Origin: Armatimonadota bacterium
GTDB taxonomy: Bacteria > Sysuimicrobiota > Sysuimicrobiia > Sysuimicrobiales > Humicultoraceae
Reading direction: 5' to 3'
Assembly (NCBI GenBank): GCA_037443365.1
Contig: JBBIOM010000001.1
Span: forward strand, 122,304-186,303
DNA: 64,000 bases
This document shows positions 40,898 through 52,431 of the stretch, piece after piece. The translations under genes were made by a program, and so were the position numbers. Positions within the stretch are counted from its first letter, which is position 1; each line of letters opens with the position of its first letter. A model generated the notes under the pieces. It had not been told where the DNA came from. It made no database searches and saw only the letters and a program-made list of their open reading frames with translations.

Positions 40898-42292
40898 GTG
40901 GCCCTACCCCCCGGGCGCGTGGTCCGACCGATCCTCGCAGTCCTCGCGGCGGGTGCGACGCTACTCGTGTCCGAGGTCACACCGGTGCGCGTGTCCATTG
41001 CCGGGGAGCCCGGGAGCTACCGGCTGCAGGTGGACGACCGTCCGTTCTACGTCAAGGGCGTCTCCTTCCCGCTGAACGAGGACCCCCTGCGATTCGATGA
41101 GCACCTCACGCCGGCACGTCTTCACGACCACTTCAGGCGCATTCGAGAGATGGGGACAAACACCATCCGCCGCTACCATAACAACCCGGATACGCAGATG
41201 ATCCTGGACGAGGCCTCACGCGCCAACCTCATGGTCCTGCTGGGGATCTGGCTGGATCAAGACGTGGACTACCTGCACGACGCGCAGCGGCTCCGGGTGT
41301 ACCGTGAGCGGGTGCGCGACTGGGTGCTGCGATACCGTCGGCACCCCGCGTTGCTCATGTGGGTCCTGGGCAACGAGACCTGGGGGCTGCTCAAGAAGGA
41401 GTTCCAGGATACGCGGGACCTCCAGCCCAGGCGGGCGGCCTACTACCGGTTCGTCAACGAGCTGGCGCGCCTGGTGAAGTCGCTCGACCCGAACCACCCC
41501 GTGATGACAGTGGACGAGCACGCACCAGACCTCCATGCGGCCGACACGCGTGGGCATCCGGGTATCGGGGCTTCACTCCAGATGTTTCGGGATTTGGCAC
41601 CGGTCGTCGATGTGATTGGAGTGAATAGCTACTACCCACAGGACATATCTGCCCTGCATGCGCTGGTCCTCCAGGCACGGGTCGGCAAGCCGTATATGGT
41701 GACTGAGTTCGGCCCACACGGGTATTGGCCGCCCCACGCTGCTCTGGACGAGTTGGGCCAGCCCGTGGAACCCAGCGATGTCGAGAAGCTCCACGCATAC
41801 CAGGCAAACTGGAAGAACTATGTTGAGGCCTACCGCGGGTGGAACTTGGGAGGTAATGCCTTCGTTTGGAAGGACAAGCATGAGGGCTCGTTCACCTGGT
41901 TCGGCCTGACAGACTCGCGGGACCGCTTGAAGCCTGCCTACTGGTCGTTGAGGGAGGCGTGGACAGGCCAGCGTCAGCCCCCGAATCGGCCGATGGTCGT
42001 CGAGCTGGAGATCAACAAGCGCTGGATGCGCCCCGAGGAGTCCTTCGTCGTACAAACGCGCCTGCTGCCGCACCTTGACCCAGGAAGCTACCGCTACACG
42101 TATGTTGTGGCACCTGCGGCCATGACCCACGTTGCGGCCCAGTTCACAACCGAACTCCCGCGGGTATCCATCCAGGCTCCTGGGGCGCCGGACGTGTACC
42201 GCGTCTATGTGTATGTCACCACGAGGGACGACCGGTGGGTAAGCACAGGTAGCGCAACGTTTGGGGTCTACCAGCCAGCAGGAAAGCCCTAG
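40898..42292 (+). CDS. Secreted GH2-like TIM-barrel glycoside hydrolase
   Basis: MGTNTIRRY, LLMWVLGNE, GVNSY, YMVTEFG. Confidence 0.75.
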   Translation: MALPPGRVVRPILAVLAAGATLLVSEVTPVRVSIAGEPGSYRLQVDDRPFYVKGVSFPLNEDPLRFDEHLTPARLHDHFRRIREMGTNTIRRYHNNPDTQMILDEASRANLMVLLGIWLDQDVDYLHDAQRLRVYRERVRDWVLRYRRHPALLMWVLGNETWGLLKKEFQDTRDLQPRRAAYYRFVNELARLVKSLDPNHPVMTVDEHAPDLHAADTRGHPGIGASLQMFRDLAPVVDVIGVNSYYPQDISALHALVLQARVGKPYMVTEFGPHGYWPPHAALDELGQPVEPSDVEKLHAYQANWKNYVEAYRGWNLGGNAFVWKDKHEGSFTWFGLTDSRDRLKPAYWSLREAWTGQRQPPNRPMVVELEINKRWMRPEESFVVQTRLLPHLDPGSYRYTYVVAPAAMTHVAAQFTTELPRVSIQAPGAPDVYRVYVYVTTRDDRWVSTGSATFGVYQPAGKP

Positions 42293-42590
42293 CATGGAAG
42301 GCAGGCCAGTAGCCGGCTACCTCCCTCGCCCTCTGCATCCGTGGCCTGGGCTTCTACAGCGATGACTGGTCCTTCCTCGGCTACACGAGCATGTCGAAGC
42401 AATCCTGCTAGGGCCAATGCTGGTGTGGTGGCGGGTGAGGGGCGCCCACATCCCACCTCAAGACGCAGCCGGATGCCGCAGGCGCAAGGAGGTACTTCGA
42501 GCACGTCTCACCGGACATGGGACGAAGCTGCCCGCCAGGCGAGCCAGGGCATGGTGTCAGGGTATTCTGACCCCGACCCCCAAGCCCGGC

Positions 42591-43658
42591 CTAGCGGCGC
42601 AGGGCGATGAAGTAGGGATCCGCGGTGGCCCGCCTGAACGCCTGGGTGACCTTTGTTGAGGACATGAGAGACCAGTTGATGGTCCAGTACTTGTCCTGCG
42701 CCTCGTCAAACCACATGAACGCGCGCACGGCAGGGAACGTGGTGGGCAACGATCCGAGAGCCTCCCAGGCCCAGCGGGCTTTGTCCCCACCCTCCTCGGC
42801 CGAGGCGACCTCCGCGATCATGATCGGCTTTCCGGTAGCGACCAGGACCGGGTAGTGCGGCGCAAGCAGGTCCTCGAACGACCGCCACTTCCAGCCCGGG
42901 GGGACGGTACCGAAGTTCAGTATCGTTATGCCAACCCAGTCAACCCACTCGTTGCCGGGATAGAGCCCCTGCATGGGGCGCTGCGCTACTGACCAGACCC
43001 AGATGACGTTGTTGGCCCCGACGCGCCGGAACACATTCACCACGTGGCGCCACATGCGCACGTAGTCGCTCGCGGTGTTTCCGTATGCCCTCTCACCCCA
43101 CGGGTACCAGGTCGCGTTCATCTCGTGGCCCAGGCGTATCATCAGGGGGCGGTCCCATCGCTTCGCCGCCCTGGCCCATTCCTCGATGAAGAAGTCGTAG
43201 TCCCCCCGCGCGATGGAATCGAGGCTGCGGAACTGCCGGTCAGGCATCGGCGCGAGACCGGACCGGTTGAACTCCGTAACCCACGGTTCCCAGGTGAGAA
43301 CAGGGATGGCGCCACGCTCGAGTATCCGGTTGAGCGGACGCGGGTTGAAGTCGTGTTCGGGGCGCCCTCCCCACGCCTGGTACAGGCTTATGAGCGGAAA
43401 CCGGAACCGGAGGCGGTCCTCCAGGGCCTTCAACAGGACCAGTTCATCGTCGTCGGGTGCCCCGGGCAGAAAGATACCGAGGTAGCAGCCGGACTTGGGG
43501 CTGCGAATCTCGGCCAGGGAGTACCGCGCGGGAGGGGCTGGCTGACGCGCGGTCCACTCGGCGCGCAGGCTCCTACCGGCCCAGTGGATCCCCCACCACA
43601 GGACCACCAGCCAAACGGCGAGCAGAACCAGCCTGCCCGTCTTCCACCAGCGTTGCAT
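42591..43658 (-). CDS. Membrane-anchored GH26 glycoside hydrolase
   Basis: LTWEPW, RLGHEMN, YPGNEWVDWVG, KPIMIAE; ATG at 43658 with GGAGGAG. Confidence 0.88.
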   Translation of the reverse strand: MQRWWKTGRLVLLAVWLVVLWWGIHWAGRSLRAEWTARQPAPPARYSLAEIRSPKSGCYLGIFLPGAPDDDELVLLKALEDRLRFRFPLISLYQAWGGRPEHDFNPRPLNRILERGAIPVLTWEPWVTEFNRSGLAPMPDRQFRSLDSIARGDYDFFIEEWARAAKRWDRPLMIRLGHEMNATWYPWGERAYGNTASDYVRMWRHVVNVFRRVGANNVIWVWSVAQRPMQGLYPGNEWVDWVGITILNFGTVPPGWKWRSFEDLLAPHYPVLVATGKPIMIAEVASAEEGGDKARWAWEALGSLPTTFPAVRAFMWFDEAQDKYWTINWSLMSSTKVTQAFRRATADPYFIALRR

Positions 43659-45114
43659 CGGGCTCGGACTCCTCCTCCAGGGCAATCCATACGGCGCCGC
43701 CCATCATGGCGGCGTTCCACAGGGCAAGGATCTGCATGAAGCCAGCCTCCGGCTGGCTCGTCAGGAAGCTGTAGGCGACCGCGAGAACCGACAGGGACGC
43801 CACCGCGATGTGCGGTCGGACGGAGGCCAAGCCGGCCCTCTGACGGCTCTTCGCGGTAACGAGGTAGGGCACGCGCGCCCCCGTGACGGCGGCGATCAGG
43901 CCGGAAACGTGCGCGAAGCAGCTGGCGAAGAGAAGAACCATGCCCGTCAGGTGCCAGCCGCGCTCCTCCGGGCCCAAGAGAAGCCTCTGCCCGAAACGGC
44001 GGATCGCGAGGTTGGCAAGCACCAGCGGTGCTATGTGCACGGTGAACGACTCGACCGTGCTTGCCACGCCCATCAGGCCGCTCAACAGAAAGACTATGGG
44101 CAGGACCAGGTTGATAAGGATCGCCAAACCGACGAGGTAGAAGGTTCCGACCATGAAGTACGCCACGCTCTGAAAGAACGACCACCGCGGAAGCAACCTC
44201 CAGTAGTCGCGAAACAGAAGGTCAAACACGCTGTGCGCCCAGCGGTACTGCTGCCGCAGGTAGGTCGCAATGTCCGCGGGCACGAGCCCGCGGGCCAGTA
44301 TCTCGGGAACGTACACGCCCTTCCAGCCCGCCGCGGTGAGGCGCATGCAGGTTCGGAGATCCTCGGCATTGTGCACGGCGTAGCCGCCGATGGAGTCCAG
44401 GGCAGACCGCCTGAACGTTGTGTGGCAGCCGAAGAGCAAAGGCGCCTCCAGCCCGTGCAGACCCATCATCGTCGATCCGTAGAGCTCGTAGGTCTGCTCG
44501 GCCGCGCCCCGGGCTATGAAGCTCTCCCCCTGGTTACGGTAAGCCTGCGCCGCCTGGACGTAGCCCACCTTTGGATCATCGAAGCATCCCAGAACCCGGT
44601 TGAGGAACTCGGGTTGAGGGAGGTGGTCGGGATCGAAGATCGTGACGAACTCACCGCCCATCTGCGGAAGGGCCTCGTTCACGTTTCCGGCCTTCGCGCC
44701 CACGCCCGGATGGTCGCGCCGGAGGTAGCGCACGCCGAGTCCCTCGCAGAGCGCGCGAAGTTCGTCGCGCCCGCTGTCGTCGAGGAGGTATGTCGTGTGG
44801 GGATACCGGATGCGGGCCATGGCTTGAAGCGTAGCCCGGAACATATCCAGGGGCTCGCCAGGAGCCGCCGTGGTCACGACGTCAACCCGCAGCCCGGCCC
44901 TCGGCGGCCGCCACGCGGGACGCTCGACATGGAGTATGGCGAACCAGTTGGCCGCCATTCGGAACGCGGAGAACCAGGCGGCGATCGAGAAGAGCACGAA
45001 CAGGGGCCGGTTTGCGATCAATCCCGGGGAAGCCCACCAGCCGGCGAAGTGGACCAGGGCCAGCGCCCCCAGGGAGATCAGGGCCAGCGCGGCCAGACGT
45101 TCCCACCGGCTCAT
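43573..45114 (-). CDS. Processive GT2, cellulose synthase-like, no PilZ evident
   Basis: DDSGR, AKAGN, DPD, AEDL, QQYRW, multiple TM segments; ATGA overlap with uxs. Confidence 0.88.
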   Translation of the reverse strand: MSRWERLAALALISLGALALVHFAGWWASPGLIANRPLFVLFSIAAWFSAFRMAANWFAILHVERPAWRPPRAGLRVDVVTTAAPGEPLDMFRATLQAMARIRYPHTTYLLDDSGRDELRALCEGLGVRYLRRDHPGVGAKAGNVNEALPQMGGEFVTIFDPDHLPQPEFLNRVLGCFDDPKVGYVQAAQAYRNQGESFIARGAAEQTYELYGSTMMGLHGLEAPLLFGCHTTFRRSALDSIGGYAVHNAEDLRTCMRLTAAGWKGVYVPEILARGLVPADIATYLRQQYRWAHSVFDLLFRDYWRLLPRWSFFQSVAYFMVGTFYLVGLAILINLVLPIVFLLSGLMGVASTVESFTVHIAPLVLANLAIRRFGQRLLLGPEERGWHLTGMVLLFASCFAHVSGLIAAVTGARVPYLVTAKSRQRAGLASVRPHIAVASLSVLAVAYSFLTSQPEAGFMQILALWNAAMMGGAVWIALEEESEPDATLVEDGQAGSARRLAGGPVVGDPLGR

Positions 45115-46073
45115 GGCAACTCGGCGCGGTCGTGATACCATTCCCAGGTTCGCCTCAACCCCTCTTCGAGAGCGACCTGGGGTGACCAGTCGAGCAGGCG
45201 CATCGCCTTGGAGATGTCTGGGCGGCGCCTGCTTGGGTCGTCCTCTGGCAACGCCTGCAGCTCGATCCCGACCCGGCGTCCCGCGATGCGCTGCAGAGCC
45301 TCGGCCAGCTCCAGTATGGTCCGCTCATCGGGGTTCCCCAGATTGAGGACCTCCCCGGCCAGATCGGGCCCGGTGGCCAGCCGCACGAGCCCTTCTACCA
45401 TGTCATCAACATAGCACAGGCTGCGCGTCTGGGAGCCATCACCGAACACGGTAAGCGGTCGCCCCTCGATCAGGCAGCGGATGAACGTAACCACCACGCG
45501 GCCGTCCCCGGGGTCCATGCGCGGACCATAGGTGTTGAATATGCGGGCGATTCTGGCGTCCATGCCCCACTCCGCCGCAGCGGCCGTGACCAGGGCCTCG
45601 GCGTAGCGCTTGCCTTCGTCGTAGCAAGAGCGCGGCCCCAAGGGATTCACCCGACCGGGGTAGGTCTCACGCTGAGGATGCTCCTCCGGGTCTCCGTAGA
45701 TCTCCGACGTCGAGGCCTGCACGAACCTGGCGCCGGTGCGGCGCGCCAGTTCGAGCATGCTCCTGGTGCCCTCGGCGTTGGTGGTCAGCGTCAGCATTCG
45801 TCTGCGCTGGTAGGCCGGCGGGCTCGCCGGACTTGCCAAGTTGAGGATGAGATCCCCCGACCAGTCGAGCGGATCGCGCACGTCACCGACGATCAGGGAG
45901 AAGCGTGGGTTGCCCGCCAGGTGCGCGACGTTGGCTTCACTACCCGTCACCAGCGAATCCAGACAGGTGACTCGCCAGCCATCGCGGAGCAACCGGTCGC
46001 ACAGGTGGGAGCCTATGAAGCCGGCACCGCCGGTGACGAGGGCGCTACGTGACGGGATCGGATCCTCTCCCAA
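45111..46073 (-). CDS. uxs: UDP-glucuronate decarboxylase (UDP-xylose synthase); start approximate
   Basis: [54 protein letters not shown]. Confidence 0.88.
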   Translation of the reverse strand: MGEDPIPSRSALVTGGAGFIGSHLCDRLLRDGWRVTCLDSLVTGSEANVAHLAGNPRFSLIVGDVRDPLDWSGDLILNLASPASPPAYQRRRMLTLTTNAEGTRSMLELARRTGARFVQASTSEIYGDPEEHPQRETYPGRVNPLGPRSCYDEGKRYAEALVTAAAAEWGMDARIARIFNTYGPRMDPGDGRVVVTFIRCLIEGRPLTVFGDGSQTRSLCYVDDMVEGLVRLATGPDLAGEVLNLGNPDERTILELAEALQRIAGRRVGIELQALPEDDPSRRRPDISKAMRLLDWSPQVALEEGLRRTWEWYHDRAELP

Positions 46074-47370
46074 TCCCGGTGTACCGGAACCCGTGCCCCG
46101 CCGCGCTCTCCGGGTCGAGAAGATTCCGGGCGTCAATCAGCACCGCGTGCGTAAGGCTTCGGTGCAGGCGGTCCAGATCCAGGTTGCGGAACTCCGGCCA
46201 CTCCGTGCAGATGACCGCGGCGGCGGCTCCCGCGGCGGCTTCATAGGGGTCGGGGCTGTAGCGGACCGAGGGCAGGATAAGCGCCCCCTTCTCCTCCGCG
46301 CGCGGATCGTACGCGCGCACCTGTGCGCCTTCGGAAAGCAGTATGCGCGCCAGGTCAATGGCCGGGGACTCTCGCACGTCGTCGGTCTCGGCCTTGAACG
46401 ACAACCCGAAGAGCGCAATTGCGCGTCCCTTCACATCGCCCACCCGTGCCCGCAGCTTGTCATAGACGTATCGCGGCTGGCGGTGGTTCACGCGCAGCAC
46501 TTCCTTCAGCAGGATCATGTCGACGCCGACCGCCTGGCCCATGGCCACCAGCGCGCTCACGTCCTTGGGGAAGCACGAGCCACCAAATCCCGGCCCGGGA
46601 GACATGAACAGGGGGTTGATGCGACGGTCCATGCCCATGCCCCTGGCCACCGTCAGGAAGTCCACGCCCACCGCGTCGCAGAGCTTCGCCATCTCGTTGA
46701 CAAACGAGATCCTCGTGGCGAGGATCGCGTTCGAGGCGTACTTGATCATGGCCGCGGTCGCGTGATCGGTCTCCAGGATCGGCGCCTCAATCGAGGCGTA
46801 GAGCCCGGCAACCCTGCGCGTGGCGTCAGGATCGCCTCCGAGCACGATCCGGTCGGGATGGAGGAAGCTCTCGATGGCCCGTCCCTGCTGCAGGAACTCT
46901 GGATTCGAGACCACGCTGGCGCGGAACTCGGGGCCTCGCAGATCCCGGATGATGTCGCGCACCCTCTCGGCCGTGCGCACCGGGACGGTGCTCTTGAGCA
47001 CCACGACCGCATCGGGCTCCAGGGCGCCGGCGAACTGCCTGGCCGCGGACTCGATCTGGGAGAGATCGGCCTGACCGCTGGCATGCTTGGGCGTGCCGAC
47101 GGCCACGAACACGAACTGTGCACCGGCCACGCCTTCCGCGGGATCGCGCGCGAAAAGAAGACGCCCGGCAGCCGCCTGCTCGGCGATCAGCCCCTCAAGC
47201 CCGGGTTCAAAGAACGGGATGTGCCGGGCGCGCAGGTCCTCGAGGTGCGCCGCGTTGACCTCGACGCCCACGACCGTGTTGCCCATCTTCGCAAAGCAGG
47301 CCGCGGCCACCAGACCGACATAGCCCTGCCCGATAACCGCGATCCGCGCCCCGTGCCCGTCCGATCCCAT
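46045..47370 (-). CDS. ugd: UDP-glucose 6-dehydrogenase
   Basis: [38 protein letters not shown]. Confidence 0.95.
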   Translation of the reverse strand: MGSDGHGARIAVIGQGYVGLVAAACFAKMGNTVVGVEVNAAHLEDLRARHIPFFEPGLEGLIAEQAAAGRLLFARDPAEGVAGAQFVFVAVGTPKHASGQADLSQIESAARQFAGALEPDAVVVLKSTVPVRTAERVRDIIRDLRGPEFRASVVSNPEFLQQGRAIESFLHPDRIVLGGDPDATRRVAGLYASIEAPILETDHATAAMIKYASNAILATRISFVNEMAKLCDAVGVDFLTVARGMGMDRRINPLFMSPGPGFGGSCFPKDVSALVAMGQAVGVDMILLKEVLRVNHRQPRYVYDKLRARVGDVKGRAIALFGLSFKAETDDVRESPAIDLARILLSEGAQVRAYDPRAEEKGALILPSVRYSPDPYEAAAGAAAAVICTEWPEFRNLDLDRLHRSLTHAVLIDARNLLDPESAAGHGFRYTGIGRGSDPVT

Positions 47371-47491
47371 CTCCGCCCTGCCTTCCTGCCGCTCGATGAC
47401 CCTCTGACAACATTCCCATCAATCCGGCGTTCCAGTCGGGGGCCGCGAAGCTGGTGCCAAGACAGGGAGTGGAGCGACGCGCGACCCCAAG

Positions 47492-48535
47492 TCATCGTAG
47501 TCTGCGGATGCTCTCCGGCAGAGCGCCCGCCTCGGGGTTATTCGATGCGCCAGCCCGAAACCCTACTCGGGGTTCCGGGGAAGGTCCAGCCAGCGGCCTT
47601 GAGCAGGGTTCCGGGCCGTGAGGAATACGACGCAAGTCGTAGGGGGTTTCCTGGTACACATAATAGTTCAGCCAATTCGAAAACAGCAGATTGGCGTGTC
47701 CCCGCCAGCGGACAATCGGCGGCCGCCCAAGGTCGTCGTCCGGGTAGTAGTTCTTGGGGATCGCTATTGGGAGTCCTCGCTGCAGATCGCGCTGGTATTC
47801 CCAGTGCAGGGTCAGTGGATCGTATTCCGGATGACCCAAAATGAAGACCTGATGACCGTCGCGTGAGACGATCAGATAGACCCCTGAGTCCCTCGACTCG
47901 GCCAGGATCTCCAGACCTGAGACGCGTGCAACGTCCTCGCGCTTCACCTCGGTATGGCGAGAATGCGGCGCGTAGAATGTGTCGTCAAAACCGCGGAGCA
48001 GCTTGATGTTCTGGCGGGTCAGGTGGTGTTCGAAGACTCCAAACTGCTTCTGGGGAAGGGGGTGCTTGGGAATCCCGTAGTGGTAGTGCAATGCCGCTTG
48101 CGCTCCCCAGCAGATGTGAATCGTGGCGAACACGTGGCTGAGTGACCAGTCCATGACCTCCTTCAACTCCTGCCAGTAGTACACCTCCTCAAACGGCAGA
48201 TGTTCGACTGGCGCGCCGGTGATCACCAATCCGTCGAACTTGCGCTCGCGCAGCTGGTCGAAGGGCCGATAGAAGGCCAGCAGGTGTTCTTCAGGGGTGT
48301 TCTTGGGCTGGTGAGAGTTGGGATGGAAGAGCGTGATGTTGATCTGCAGCGGCGTGTTTCCCAGCAGACGGAGAAGTTGGGTTTCGGTGGCGATCTTCGT
48401 CGGCATCAGGTTGAGAATGGCGATTTCCAAGGGCCGGATATCTTGGTGCTCAGCCCGCAGCTCTTCCATCACGAAGATGTTCTCGCTCGTAAGCACGTCC
48501 TTGGCCGGCAGGTCATCAGGGATTCGTACGGGCAT
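47492..48535 (-). CDS. metA: MetA-family homoserine O-acyltransferase, acetyl-specific type
   Basis: ILNLMP, ITGAPVE (Glu at the E/G111 specificity site), ICWGAQA, GHPEY. Confidence 0.92.
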   Translation of the reverse strand: MPVRIPDDLPAKDVLTSENIFVMEELRAEHQDIRPLEIAILNLMPTKIATETQLLRLLGNTPLQINITLFHPNSHQPKNTPEEHLLAFYRPFDQLRERKFDGLVITGAPVEHLPFEEVYYWQELKEVMDWSLSHVFATIHICWGAQAALHYHYGIPKHPLPQKQFGVFEHHLTRQNIKLLRGFDDTFYAPHSRHTEVKREDVARVSGLEILAESRDSGVYLIVSRDGHQVFILGHPEYDPLTLHWEYQRDLQRGLPIAIPKNYYPDDDLGRPPIVRWRGHANLLFSNWLNYYVYQETPYDLRRIPHGPEPCSRPLAGPSPEPRVGFRAGASNNPEAGALPESIRRLR

Positions 48536-48569
48536 CGCCCACCTCATCTTGCGTGCGCATGGCACGCGC

Positions 48570-50046
<1,477 letters not shown>

Positions 50047-50066
50047 CAACTATTCAGTTAGGCGCG

Positions 50067-50095
50067 ATGATAGCACGCGCTCCTGAGTGCGTCAA
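50067..50095 (-). promoter_or_regulatory. Sigma70 promoter for the S-box-met operon
   Basis: TTGACG-17 nt-TATCAT with TG extension. Confidence 0.75.
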
Positions 50096-50122
50096 GCGTA
50101 CCTCGCGTTGGGGAAAATACTC

Positions 50123-50196
<74 letters not shown>

Positions 50197-50227
50197 TAGG
50201 TTGCCCCCTGTGGCCTGGCGGCAGGGA

Positions 50228-50313
50228 TGGTGGGCGGGGAAGGATTCGAACCTCCGAAGGCATCCGCCAGCTGATCTACAGTCAGCCCCCTTTGGCCACT
50301 TGGGTACCCGCCC
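50228..50313 (-). tRNA. tRNA-Tyr(GTA)
   Basis: Anticodon loop CUGUAGA, long variable arm, encoded CCA. Confidence 0.96.
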
Positions 50314-50324
50314 TCTCCCGCATG

Positions 50325-50375
50325 ATTATAGGCAGGGCCGCGAAGCAGCGTCAATCATAGCGTCCATGCTATAAT
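50325..50375. promoter_or_regulatory. Divergent tRNA promoters
   Basis: Minus strand: TTGACG-18 nt-TATAAT (50354-50325). Plus strand: TGcTATAAT (50367-50375). Confidence 0.7.
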
Positions 50376-50394
50376 CGGACTTGTGGCGCGCCGG

Positions 50395-50471
50395 GCCGCC
50401 GTAGCTCAACCCGGCAGAGCACCGCACTTGTAATGCGGGGGTTACCGGTTCGACTCCGGTCGGCGGCTCCA
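50395..50471 (+). tRNA. tRNA-Thr(TGT)
   Basis: Anticodon loop CUUGUAA, GGTTCGA, encoded CCA. Confidence 0.96.
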
Positions 50472-50676
50472 GAACTGCATTCCAAGCATCGCACCCCTGC
50501 ATGTTACCCGGTGGCACGCTCCCGATACTCTCCTGATGCCTTCCTGCTAACCTCCTGCTACCCTCTCCGCTCATCAGTCCTGTCTCCAGTGCCAAGTTGC
50601 ACGTGGAGCCGTGACAGGAGGCCGGCTGCGGCGCCAGAGGAATCCAGCAGGGTGCTGTGCTAGAATGAACTCACCC

Positions 50677-51654
50677 ATGCATGACCAGCACGGGCGGCCG
50701 CTGCGAGACCTCCGCATCTCCCTCACGGACAGGTGCAACCTGCGCTGTGTCTACTGCGTGCCGGAGAGGGGGATCTTCCACGGCCCGCCGGCAGAGCTGC
50801 TCCAGGATGACGAGCTGGTGCTCATTGTCGAGATCGCGGCCTCCCTCGGCGTCGAGAAGATACGCCTGACAGGCGGCGAGCCGACCATCAGGGCGGGCCT
50901 GGCGGATCTGGTCCGGCGCATCGTCTCAGTCGCAGGAATCCGGGACGTGGCCATGACCACCAACGGGATCCTGCTCGAGGCGATGGCCGGGCCGCTTGCG
51001 GCCGCCGGGCTGAGCCGGATCAACGTCAGCATCGACACCCTCGACCCCGACAAGTTCCGACGGATCACCCGCGGCGGGCAGGTGGAGCGCGTGCTGGCCG
51101 GAATCCGGCGCGCCGAGGAGGTCGGCCTGAGCCCGATCAAGATCAACTCGGTCGTCATCAAAGGCCACAACGATGAGGATGTGGTTCCCCTCGCAGCCCT
51201 GACCCTCGAACGGCCCTTGGAGGTGCGGTTCATAGAGATGATGCCGTTCGCATCACTGGCCGGCATCGAGGGAGCCAGCATGGTCCCCTCGGAGGAGACC
51301 AAGGCCCGCATCGAAGCGGCGCTCGGACGCCTCGAGGCGCTCGATCTCAGCGGGAGCACGCCGTCGCGAACCTACCGGCTCCTTGGGGCCCGGGGCCGTA
51401 TCGGGCTCATCAGCTCGATAAGCGAGCCCTTCTGCGCCAGGTGCGGACGCCTACGGCTCACCTCGGACGGCCGCCTGCGCCTGTGCCTGCTCCGAGAGGA
51501 CGAGGAAGACCTGCTGACGCCGCTGCGCGCCGGGGCGTCGCGCCCCGAGTTGAAGGCCCTCTTTGAGGCAGCGGTCTACCGGCGCCCGATCGGTCAGGAG
51601 CCCGATGGGGCCGCGGCTTCGGTGTCGTGCCTGATGGGCAGGATCGGCGGGTAG
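50677..51654 (+). CDS. moaA: GTP 3',8-cyclase MoaA (start 50665 or 50677)
   Basis: CNLRCVYC, RLTGGEP, FCARCGRLR, C-terminal IGG. Confidence 0.93.
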   Translation: MHDQHGRPLRDLRISLTDRCNLRCVYCVPERGIFHGPPAELLQDDELVLIVEIAASLGVEKIRLTGGEPTIRAGLADLVRRIVSVAGIRDVAMTTNGILLEAMAGPLAAAGLSRINVSIDTLDPDKFRRITRGGQVERVLAGIRRAEEVGLSPIKINSVVIKGHNDEDVVPLAALTLERPLEVRFIEMMPFASLAGIEGASMVPSEETKARIEAALGRLEALDLSGSTPSRTYRLLGARGRIGLISSISEPFCARCGRLRLTSDGRLRLCLLREDEEDLLTPLRAGASRPELKALFEAAVYRRPIGQEPDGAAASVSCLMGRIGG

Positions 51655-51674
51655 GACCTTCCCCGCCGTAGTTG

Positions 51675-52310
51675 CTAGGCGTCGTCTTCGAGGTTGCGCT
51701 CGAGCTTGCGCTTGACGCGCTGAAGGGCGTTGTCGATGGACTTGACGTGCCTGCATAGCTCGTTGGCCATCTCCTGGTAAGACTTGCCCTCCAGGTAGGC
51801 GGTCAGCACGCGGCACTCCAGCTCGCTCAGGTTCTTGCGGATGCGCTCGCGCATCGTCGCCGAGGCTTCCTGGTTGATGACCAGCTCCTCGGGATCGCTG
51901 ACCCGGATGCTGCTGATGACGTCCAGCAGGGTGCGATCCGAATCCTCATCGTAGATCGGCTTGTTGAGCGAGATGTACGAGTTGAGCGGTATGTGCTTCT
52001 GACGCGTCGCGGTCTTGATGGCAGTAATGATCTGCCGTGTAATGCACAGCTCGGCGAACGCCCGAAACGAGGACAGCTTGTCGCGCCGGAAGTCGCGGAT
52101 CGCCTTGTAGAGACCGATCATCCCTTCCTGGATGATGTCCTCGCGATCGGCGCCGATCAGGAAGTACGCCTTGGCCTTGACGCGGACGAAGTTGCGGTAC
52201 TTCCCGATGAGGAACTCCGCGGCGCGATCGTCCCCGGACTTGGCGTGGTCTACCAGTTCCTCGTCAACCAGATCCTGGTAGCCCAACCCTTCCCTGCGCA
52301 CCAGTGCCAC
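51675..52310 (-). CDS. sigH: Sigma factor SigH
   Basis: YFLIGADREDIIQEGMIGL, TRQKHIPLNSY, SIDNALQRVKRK. Confidence 0.95.
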   Translation of the reverse strand: MALVRREGLGYQDLVDEELVDHAKSGDDRAAEFLIGKYRNFVRVKAKAYFLIGADREDIIQEGMIGLYKAIRDFRRDKLSSFRAFAELCITRQIITAIKTATRQKHIPLNSYISLNKPIYDEDSDRTLLDVISSIRVSDPEELVINQEASATMRERIRKNLSELECRVLTAYLEGKSYQEMANELCRHVKSIDNALQRVKRKLERNLEDDA

Positions 52311-52402
52311 CAGCTAATCCCTCCGGTTGGGCGCACAAGAACGCGGGGGTGACTTCCGACGGGCAGCGCGAATGCGAGTGTTCATCGTCGTAGTTCGGAC
52401 TC

Positions 52403-52431
52403 ATTATAGAAATCAGGGCGCACGGCGTCAA
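52403..52431 (-). promoter_or_regulatory. Sigma70 promoter of sigH
   Basis: TTGACG-17 nt-TATAAT. Confidence 0.8.

Noticed and set aside
47465-47480. Possible att duplicate of the tRNA-Gly 3' end (TGGAGCG)
   Set aside because: Only 7 bp, expected by chance; no integrase
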